64,000 nucleotides of DNA, from NCBI GenBank assembly GCA_013359235.1, contig JABWCE010000009.1, forward strand, positions 8,796 through 72,795, written 5' to 3'. The DNA is from Bacteroidota bacterium. GTDB taxonomy: Bacteria > Bacteroidota > Bacteroidia > NS11-12g > UBA9320. Under the pieces are notes generated by a model. The model was not told the origin of the DNA, ran no database searches, and saw only the letters and a list, made by a program, of their open reading frames with translations. The first letter of the stretch is position 1, and each line of letters begins with the position of its first letter. Positions 21,301-33,300 of the stretch are shown in pieces. The position numbers and the translations under genes were made by a program.

Positions 21301-24300
21301 ATGTTTTTCATAATGGAAGTTATGCAATTAATATTAATGGTTCTTGGGCAGCTTTTGATAATAAAATAAATATCAAAAACAATATTTTCAAAAACCAAGG
21401 TTATCAGACTATAATGTTGTATAATGTAAGAAATATTGATTTGTCAGGAAACAACATAAATGAAAACCGTCCATATTTTGCTAAAGGTATTTATGTAAGT
21501 TATATATATGGAAAAAACAATATTTACAACAATTACATTTATTTAACCGGAGTGCCCGAAATTGGAATTCAACTGTACAATCAATCAATGTATGCAGGTG
21601 ATTCTTTAAATCTATATAATAATATGATTAGTATTGGCGGAACTTATCCTGGTGTAGGAATATACGGATCAAATTTATACAATACAAATATATATTATAA
21701 TAGCGTATTAAATACATGTACCGACTCTACGTCAAATTCATGTGCTTTTTATTACGACTGGGGAAATATAAGAATGTATAACAATAATTTTGTTCATTTG
21801 AATAACGGATATTCATTATATATTAGTAGTGCGGCATATCAAAAATCAAATTTTAACAATCTATATACAAACGGGACTAAATTTGTATATTGGAACGGAA
21901 ATTCTTATTCAAATTTAAACAGTTATAAAACAGCCTCAAGCAATGATACTAGTTCAGTTTCTATAGATCCTTATTTCACTTCTGTATCAAATCTTCATAC
22001 TTCACATATTGGCTTAAACGCAAAAGCCAAAGTTATTGGAACAATAACCAAAGATTTTGACGGTGATACAAGAAATACAACCACTCCCGATATTGGTGCT
22101 GATGAATTTACCCCATTTTCAAGAGATGCCAGCATTACTAAATTTATAACACCAGGCAATATATTCAAAGCCGACTCTACAAATTTTGAAGTAGTAGTTA
22201 CCAATTTGGGTCTTGATACAATTAAGCAAATTACAGTTAGTGTAAAAATAAATAACGATACACTTCCAAGAAAGTATGTTACAAGGTCATTTGCTTCGGG
22301 TGATACAATTATTGTTAAAATAAATAAAAAATATTACTTACACAAAGACAGTACTTACAAATTTACAGCGTGGTCAAGCCTGCCAAATGGAAGCAGCGAC
22401 CAGAAACCTTCTAACGATACATTAACAAAATCAAACCAGAAGACAGCATTATCTGGAGTATATACTATTGGAGGAACTTCGCCCAATTACAATACATTTA
22501 AAGCAGCCGTAAACGATCTTAAATCGAGAGGAATAATTGACAGTGTGAGATTTAGAGTGAGAATGGGCACATATACTGAACAATTTAGAATACCTCAAAT
22601 AAGTGGAGCAAGCAAAAGAAACAGCATAATTTTTGAATCGGAAGATAAAGACACTACAAAAGTTACTTTAACGTATGCCTCATCTTATTATGATACAAAT
22701 TACGTAGTATATTTAGATGGTGCAGATGGTATTACTTTCAGATATATGACAATTAGTGCCACATCACCATACAGTTACAATAGAATTTTTAACTTGAGAA
22801 ACAATGCACATAACAATACTATATATAAAAATGTATTAATTGCACCAAATACAAATTACGCAGCAGATGAAAATTCATTGATTTACTCTGAAAATTCTGA
22901 TGATAATAATTTACTTATAAACAACAATCATTTTAAAAATGGTGACTATGGAGTTTACTTAAATGGATATGCACCTTACAGTTATGAACATGGACTCGAA
23001 ATTTCTGACAACGTGTTTCAAAATCAATATGGTTACGGAATTTATTTATATTATGGTGATAGTGTAAATATATATAATAATTATTTTTATTCTGATAAAT
23101 ACTATTATTATACAGGATTGTATGCCAATTATTTAAATTCAAATATTAAAATAAATAAAAATTCTTTTGTTATTAAACAGGGAAAAAATGGTATATATTT
23201 ATATAGTACAGGTAATAGTTTTAAGAGAAATTTAATTTCTAATAATGCTTTGTATATAAATAATAATTCATCAAGTTGTTACGGAATAAGATTAAATTAT
23301 TTCAATTATTTTGATGTAATACATAATACGGTAAATTTAGAAGGCACAAATAATTCATCAAGTGCAATTTATGGAGATTATGGAGGTAATAACACATTTT
23401 ATAACAATAACATTGTAAATAGCAGCGGTTATAGTATATATCTAACTTCTACATCTACTTTTACAAATCTAAATTATAATAATTATAAATCTTCAGGTTC
23501 GTATTTGGGATATTGGGCAGGTACATATTGCAGCAACCTTACAAGTTGGCAAACTACAAGTACTAAAGATACATTAAGTAAATCAGTAAATCCAATATTC
23601 TATTCAAATACAAATCTCCACGTAAAAGAAGTTGCATTAAATGGGGCAGCAAAATATTTTAGTATAGTACCCAATGATTTTGATGGACAACCCAGAAACA
23701 CCTCAACTCCCGATATTGGAGCTGATGAATTTGATTTGCCGGCAAATGATGGAGGAATTGCGGCAATAATTGTTCCCAAAAAACCTTTCCCTGCTGATAG
23801 TCAATGGGTAAAAGTCGTTTTGAAAAATTACGGTTCGAATGCTATAACAAGCGTTTCAATAAATTGGAAATTCAATGGTACTACTCAAACAACCAAATCG
23901 TGGACAGGCACATTAAATTCAGGTGATACAGTTCATGTAAAATTGTTAAAGAAATTTTTTGTTGGAGGTACTCCATACAGTACCAAAGTATGGACAACAA
24001 GCCCCAATGGCTCAACAGACCCTGAAAATACTAATGATACAACAGAAGAACTAAATCAATATCCGGCAATGAGCGGAGTATATACCATAGGTGGTTCGTC
24101 GCCTGATTTTGCTAATTTTAATGCAGCAATAAATGCTATGAAACTCGGTGGTATTATAGATTCAGTAAGGTTTGATGTAAGAGACGGAACTTATAACGAA
24201 CAGTTTAGAATTCCAAAAATTGCCGGGGCAGAAAATGAAAATTCAATTATTTTCCAAAGTCAATCAAAAGATAGCAGTAAAGTAATATTGACTTATGCAC

Positions 24301-27300
24301 CGTCTTACTCAAATAACTGGATAGTGAGAATAGATAGTGCCAGAGGTGTAACTTTCAGATATATGAGATTTAATTCAGGCGGAGGCTCATATAATAGAAT
24401 TTTTGTAGTTTATGGTGATGCACAAAACATAAATCTGCACAATTGCTTATTAAAAGGAATATATTCTTCTACAAGTGATTATAGTGCTTTAGTATATACA
24501 AATTATGAATACAGTGATTGTCCAAATTTCAACAATTTTAAGATATATAAAAATATATTTCTTTATGGGTCTTTTGGAGTATATTCATACGGATATTCTT
24601 ATAATAGTAGAGCAAATAATTTGAATATTTATGAAAATAAATTTGAGAACCAATATTATATGGGTTTATATATTTATTATAATAGAAATCTTATAATAAA
24701 TAAAAATAATATTTACCATACAAATTCATATACAGGATATACAAGCGGCTATGGAATTTATTTATACTATTTAACCGAAGGATATAAAATAACATCAAAT
24801 AAAATTTATAATCAAGAATACACAGCTATTTCTGCAACTAATTGTAATGGTGCTGTTGGAGATTCATCATTGGTAGCTAATAATTTTATACATTCAAGAA
24901 ATACAAGCAGCACAACAAATGCTGTTAATTTTTATAACAATTATTATTTAAATTTTTATTATAACAATATACACATAAAAAACACAAATGCAAATTCAAC
25001 ATCAGCATATTTTCAATACCTTGATTATTCAAATATTAATAATAATAATTTTGTAAATATTGGCAATGGTTGGGCTTTATATGCATATTATGGATCAATA
25101 ATTAAGTTTAATAATAATAATTATTATACAAATGGGTCAAAACTATTAAATAGAAACGGTAACAGTTATGCAAATCTCTCTGATTGGCAAACAGCAACTT
25201 CTTATGATTTAAATTCATTAAATGTTAACCCCAATTACACTACAGATACCGACTTGCATACAGATCAAATAGATCTAAATGGTAAGGCACGAAACATAAA
25301 ATATATTATAGATAAAGATATTGATGAACAGAGCCGAGATATTAATACACCTGATATAGGTGCTGATGAGTATGTACCACCAGCAATTGATGCTGGAGTT
25401 ACATTGCTTAAATCACCAGGTTCTACATTTAGTGCAACTACTTATGATATAATAGCAATAATTAAGAATTTTGGAACTGATACTATTAAAAAAGTTAAAG
25501 TAAAAATTAAAATAAATAATGACACTCTTGCTAGAAAGATAGTTACAAAATCAATAAAAACAGGCGATACCGCTCATGTTAAATTAGGTCAATTCACGTT
25601 TCATAAAGATAGTACTTACAATATGTATGTTTGGACTTTTGAACCCAATGATGTTTCGGACCAAAACAGCGAAAACGATACCTTGAAATTATTAAACAAA
25701 CAAACTGCTTTGTCCGGTGTATATACAATCGGTGGAACAACCCCTGATTTTACCAACTTTAAAGCTGCGGTTAATGCACTTAAAACAAGAGGAATAATTG
25801 ATAGTGTAAGGTTTAGGGTGCGAAGCGGAACATATACAGAACAATTAAAAATACCTGAAATAACAGGGGCAGGCAGTAGAAATTCAATAATTTTTGAATC
25901 TGAAAACAAAGATACTTCAAGCGTAACTCTTATGTATAATTCTGTATATTCAGATACGAATTATGTTGTATTACTTGATGGTGCTGATGGTATAACATTC
26001 AGATACCTAATAATAAAAGCCAATTCGAGTTCAAATTACAATAGAGTTATTAGCTTAAAAAATGGAGCCCATTACAATACCATATACAAAAACATAATTG
26101 AGGGTTCAAATACATCATGGGGTTCAGATTACAATGCATTGATATACTCCGGTTCTGATGCTGATAATAACACACAAATAAAAGACAATCATTTTAAAAA
26201 TGGCGACATTGCAATATTTTTATATGGGTATCCATCACAAGCACCATATACATACGAAAAAGGTAACGAGATATCAGGTAATAAAATTTTAAATCCTTAT
26301 TATCGTGGTATTCATTTACAATATCAAGATACTTTAAACATATCTGCAAATTACTTGTACATGGATAAATATAATGGCGCTACTGGTATTTACCTCGATA
26401 ATGCAAAAACCAATATCACTATTTACAGAAATATACTTGAATTAAAACAAGCATATTCTGGATTTAATTTTGATTATTTTGGAACCTCTTTCAACAGAAA
26501 TTTAGTGTCTAATAATGCCATATATATTAAAAACAATAGTTCAGGTTGCAATGGTATATATTTCTATTCGCCTCAATATGTAGATTTAATACATAATAGT
26601 ATAAACGTAGAGTCGTCAATTAACGGTTCAAAAGCTTTATATTTATATTATGGAAGTTACAACAACTTATTCAATAATAATTTTGTTAACTCCGGATATG
26701 GTTATTCTAACTATATATATTCTACATCAAACTTAACAAGTAACTATAATAATTTATTTTCAAATAGTACAACATATTTTGCAAATTGGAACGGAACAAA
26801 CATATCCAATATTTCAGCATGGAAATCAACAACAAGTAAGGATGCAAATAGTATATCTGTTGATCCACTTTATAAGGCAGCAAATAATTTGCACGTGAAA
26901 GAAATGTCATTGAATGCTGCGGGAACTTATTTTAGTTCAGTTCCTTTAGATTTTGATTATGAAACAAGAGATAATACTCATCCCGACATAGGTGCAGATG
27001 AGTTTCAATTACCTTCAAATGATGCAGGAGTTTATTCTATTATTGTACCAAAAAAACCATTCCCTGCTGATAGCCAGTATGTAAAAGTTGCAATTAAAAA
27101 TTTTGGCGGCAATAAAATTTATCAGGTAAATATAGGTTGGACATTTAATGGTGTATTACAAACTCCGATTACATGCACAGATTCAATAGAATCAGGAGAT
27201 ACATTACACATTAAATTAGCTAAAATGTTTTTTGCAAAATATACAAATCACAATGTTAAAGTATGGACATATAGCCCCAATGGAGCATCAGACGGATTAA

Positions 27301-30300
27301 TTACTAACGATACAATGCAGGTTTTAAATCAACAACCTGCAATGAGTGGTGTTTATACTATCGGTGGAGCATCGCCTGATTTTGCAACATTTAACGATGC
27401 TGTAAATGCAATGAAAACATGTGGTATTATTGATTCGGTAAGATTTGATGTGAGGTCGGGTACTTATTACGAAAAATTTATTATTCCGTATATAGCTGGA
27501 GCGAACAACGAAAATTCAATAATTTTCCAAAGTGAATTAAAAGACAGCAGCAAGGTGGTTTTAATGGGTACACCATCATATACAGACAATTATGTAGTAA
27601 GGTTTGATAGTACAATTGGTGTAACTTTTAGATATTTGACACTTAGAACTACTTTACCATTATATTACAACAGAGTTGTAGAAATGAATAGAGAATGTAA
27701 AAAAATTAATATACATGACTGTAATTTAATAGGTAATTATGCATCAGGAACAGATTATAACGAATCAGTAATTTATATTTATAACAGTAATACGGTTTTT
27801 AATTCATTTAATAATATTAAAATTTATAGAAACAATATAATTAATGGTTCTTATGGTGTATATTGTAATGGAAGTTCAAATTTTTCGAAAGGTATTGATT
27901 TGAAAATTTACCAGAATAATTTTTATAACCAATATTATATGGGAATGTTTTTATCGTACAATAGAAATATGTATCTACATAAAAATATAATTGATAGAAA
28001 TATTTCAGGTTATTATACTTGTTTTGGTGTTTATATACAAGAAATTACAGAAGGTTTTGTAGTTACAAATAACAAAATCTCAAATTACAATTATTATGGA
28101 CTATTCGCTTATTATAGCTATGGTTCATCAGGCGATACATCCTTAATAGCTAATAATTTTATTCATGCATCTTCAAGTAATTCAATTAATGGAGCATATA
28201 TTTATAATTGTAATTATATTAATTTCTTTAATAATAATATTAATGTAGTAAGCACTCAATCTTCTTCTAAATCAGCATATTTTTATTCGCTAAGCAATGC
28301 TTCGGTATGCAACAATATTTTTTCTATGAATGGTGCCGGATTTGCAATGTACAATTATTATGGTTCTTTTATAAGAAGTGATTTTAATAATTTTTATACG
28401 GGTGGCACATATTTGATGAATTATAATGGTACCTCGTACACTACATTAAGTGCTTATAAAAGTGCATCAGGTCTCGAAACAAATTCATTTAACGTTGACC
28501 CTGACTATGTAAGCAATACTGATTTACATATAAGAGCAACCGATTTAGACGGCAAAGGCAGAAATCATAAATATTTAATAACAAAAGATATTGACGACCA
28601 AAACAGAAATACTGCAACCCCTGATATAGGTGCTGATGAATTTGATATACCTGCAGCAAATGATGCCGGCATTCTTTCATATATTTCTCCGGTTGCAGCA
28701 TTTGCCGCTGGTAGCAATTCTGTATATGTTGTAATTAAAAACTTTGGTTCAGATTCATTAAAATCTGCAACAATAAAATGGAGAGTAAATGGTAATTTGC
28801 AAACAAGCAAAAGCTGGACGGGTAAACTCAAAACAGGTCAAACAGATACTGTAAATATTGGAAACTACAATTTTATTTCAGGAAAAGATCATGATTTGAA
28901 ATTCTGGACAACTGACCCCAATGGTGTAGCCGATACAACAAATTACAATGATACATTACTTAAAAATGATGTATTTGCAGCACTTGACGGAGTATATACA
29001 GTATATGGCACATTGCCAGATTTTGCTGACCTTAACGAAGCATTTAATGCAATAAAACTCGGAGGCGTAATTGATACTGTTTGGCTCAAATTAAGATCAG
29101 GAACTCATACAGTAAATGCAACATTAAATCAGTATTTGGGTTCAAGTCCCAATCATCCTGTAATAATTGAATCTGCTTCGGGCGATAGTTCTGATGTTGT
29201 ATTAACCGGTACCACAGTTATATATTTAAGTGGAAGTGATTATATAAAATTCAAAAAACTTACCTTCCAATCACATTATCGTTGTATTGAAATAAATAAT
29301 ATGTCTAATGGTATTTCATTTGAAAATTGTCATTTTATTATGGATGATTATTGGTGGTACACTACTTATGGAATTTATTCAGGAAGTTCGGCTGATGATA
29401 GCTTAACGGTAAAAAATTGTAAATTTTCGGATGGTGATATAGCAATTTATATTTATGGTTATCCAAATTCAGGAAGTATTTTAGAAAAAAACCATATAAT
29501 CTCAAATAATTCATTTGTTAATCAATCAAGTAAATCTATTTATGTAAGTTATGTAAATTCGTTAGAAGTAACAAAAAATTTAATTTCTACAACAAGTAGC
29601 AATTCAACATTTATTGTTGAATTTAATCATACACAAAACAAAATTAATTTCAGTTATAACAAGATTATTAGATATGCAGACTATAGTTCAGGTTTGGTAT
29701 TTTATAATCATGTTGGAACAAACACCACTAAGTCATTAATTTCAAACAATTTTATTTCAACTTATGGGTCAACACTTACAAAAGGTGTAGAATTATATAA
29801 TTCTCAATATATTAATTTTTATCATAATAGTTTGAATCAATATGGCAGCGCAACAGGAACAAATTCTTTTTCATTACATATTAACGGTGGTGCTAATTTT
29901 GATATTAGAAACAATGTAATTGCAAATACAGGAAGCGGATATTCGATGTTTTATGAGAATTCGCCATCTTCTGTAAATTCTGATTACAATGATATTTACA
30001 GTTCGGGAACTTATATAGGACGTATAAATACTACCGATTATTCAACTCTATCAAATTGGCAAAGTGCAACATCAAAAGAAGCAAATTCAATTTCTTTCAA
30101 CCCAAGTTACGTTTCTAATACTGATTTGCATTCAAATTTAGCCGCACTTGATAGTGCCTGCCTATATATTTCATCAGTAACTGATGATATTGATAATGAG
30201 TCTAGAAATACATCATATCCTGATATTGGAGCTGATGAATTCCAGAGTTTAGCAAATAATTTGGGAGTAGTTTCGGTAATTAAACCGGAAACAACATGTG

Positions 30301-33300
30301 GCTTAGACTCAACATATATAAAACTTAGAGTATTTAATTTTGGTAATCAAAACCAGGTTAATTACCCATTAAAATATAAATTGAGTTCGTCACCTACAAT
30401 TCAATCTGTGACAATTACAGATACTATTAAACCAGGCCAGTTTTACGAATATCAATTTGCTGCAAAAGAAGCCATTTCGTTTAATACAACTTTAAGCATT
30501 AAGGCATGGACAGATTTATCAGCAGAAATGTACCGAAATAATGATAGTATATTACAATCATTTATTAATTACTCAACACCTGATTCTGTTAAGTTTATGT
30601 CACCTTCTAATGGTACATCAAACATTGATTTTCCATTTACACTTTCATGGCTGCCTTCTACAGGTGCAACAAAATACGATATATATATTTGGGATACCGC
30701 AACTTCAAAACCACCCACACCAACAGTATCTAATCATTCGCAAATAAGTTATCAGATTACAGCTGGTTTAGCTTATGGCAAAACATACTACTGGCAGGTG
30801 ATTGCAAAAAATCCAATATGTTATACAAATGGTGTTGTACAATTATTTACTATTCGTCATTTACCCGATTTAATTGTTGATGAAGTGAATGGTCCTCATA
30901 CAGCTTTTTCAGGAACAAATATTAGTGTGTCATGGAAAGTAAAAAATCAAGGTCTTGGTGCTACAAATAAAAATTGGCATGATAATGTTTATTTATCTTC
31001 AGATACAATATGGGATATAACCGATTTAAATCTAGGAAATACTCAAAACGCTACCGCACTTAATCCATCACAATCATATAACTCTTCATTATCATTTACA
31101 ATACCAAATGGTACTACAGGAAATTATTATTTAATAGTATTTGCTGATAAATACACAAATTTAAAAGAAACAAATGATGACAATAATACAAAAAGAGATA
31201 CAGGAAAAATTAAAATAACTCTCACCCCACCACCTGATTTACAGGTTATGTCTGTTTCAAGACCTTCTGTAGTGTTTTCAGGTTCAACAGTAAACACTAC
31301 ATATACAGTAAAGAACAAAGGAACCGGTGATACACGTTACGGCGGATGGTATGATCATATCTACCTCTCTACCGAAAAGGTTAAAAACGGTAGCTCTTAT
31401 CATATTGGAACAAATTGGAGAAGTGGAAATTTGAAGGTTGATAGTTCGTATTCAGTTACAAAATCTGTTACAATTCCAAACTATATTTCAGGTAAGTATT
31501 TTTTTGTTGTAGTTACTGATTATAATAATAATGAATATGAATATGCTTTTGAAAGTAATAATTCAACAGGAAGCGATACAATTAAGGTATTATTAACACC
31601 TCCACCTGATTTGATTGTTAAAAATGTTGAATTAAAAGACACTGTAAGCAATTCAGAGAATGTATTAATTAATTATAATGTTATAAATGATGGTGGTACT
31701 TCTACCGGAAATAATTTTTATGATGCATTGTATTTATGTCCTACCCCTACATTCAATTTGTCTATTTCATCTTGGATAGGGCAAATGTTTCATTATAACT
31801 TGGCAAGTAAAGATACAAGTGAAGTAAGTAGTTATTTTCAAATGCCCAAAAATATTAATGGTAAATATTACTTGTTCGTTTTAACAGATTATTATAATAG
31901 TATAAACGAAGTAAGCAATGAAGGTAATAACACTTCAATACGTGATTCAATAATTATTTTTAGCCCTGATTTAATTGTTACAAAAGTAATTGTTAACAGT
32001 ATTGACTCAACAGGTTCTACTACCCCAATTAAATGGACTGTTAAAAACGTTGGAAAAGGCAATGATTATCAAGGATTAAGATATGACAGTATATTTATTT
32101 CGCCAAGTTCCACTTGGAATCGTTCTAATGCCAAAGCTTTAGGAAGGTTTAATTATTCAAACAATCTTTTAGTTGGCGACTCTATTGATAGAAATGAGAT
32201 AGTTACAATACCCGATGGTTATTTAGGCACTAAGTATTTTTATGTATTTACTGATGGTACAAATAATGTTTACGAATGGACTAAAGAAAATAATAATATA
32301 AATGTCAGCGACTCTATGGTTGTAAAATTATCACCTTATCCTGATTTATTGCCTTTAGTTTTAAGTTATTACGATTCTGCCGAAGCCGGTCAATTGATTA
32401 GCTTAATTTACAAAGTAAAAAATCAAGGAACTAATATTGCAAACCCAACTTGGAAAGATAAATTTTACTTGTCAAAAGATTCAACATTCAATCCTACCAA
32501 AGTAATTGAGTTGAATTCTGTTACAAAATCATCTATTTTAAAAATAGATTCATCATACTCATCTGCAATATATTTTACATTACCAAATTCAATAGCACGT
32601 GGTGATTATTATTATTGGGTATTTACTGATGCACAATTAAATGTTTTTGAATATACAAATGATTCAAATAACAAAGCAAGGTCACCTAAAGCATTTATTG
32701 ACGGGTATCCTCCGGTAGATTTAAAAGTTAATTGTCCTACAATATATAATGATACTTTAAAATCAGGAAGTACATATTCAATTGCATATTCAGTCACAAA
32801 CATCGGAGATGCAGAAACACAGCAGTCTTCATGGAATGACGGAGTTTATTTATCAACCGACTCTATTTTGAGTTCTGGAGATATAAAATTAAAAACAATA
32901 CCAACAAATAAATCTCTTAAAAAAGACAGTAGTTACAGCATATCTTCTACTATCACAATTCCAAATGGTACAGAGGGCAAATATTATTTGATTGTAAAAA
33001 CTGATGTTGGAAAAGTAATTACCGATGTTGACACAAATAATAATAAGAAAACAGTTTGTAAAGGCAATGGTTTTGCAAAATTATTTGTTATTGAACTTAC
33101 TCCTCCACCCGATTTGAGATTTATTTCATGGAATGTACCATCAACAGCTATATCAGGTCAAAAAATGAAAATAAAATGGAAAGTTGAAAATAATGGAACT
33201 GGCGCAACTCGTTCGGGCTCATGGACAGATAAAGTTTATTTATCAACCGATTATAATATTGATGGAAATGACTATGGTTTTGGCTATGTAAGACATTCGG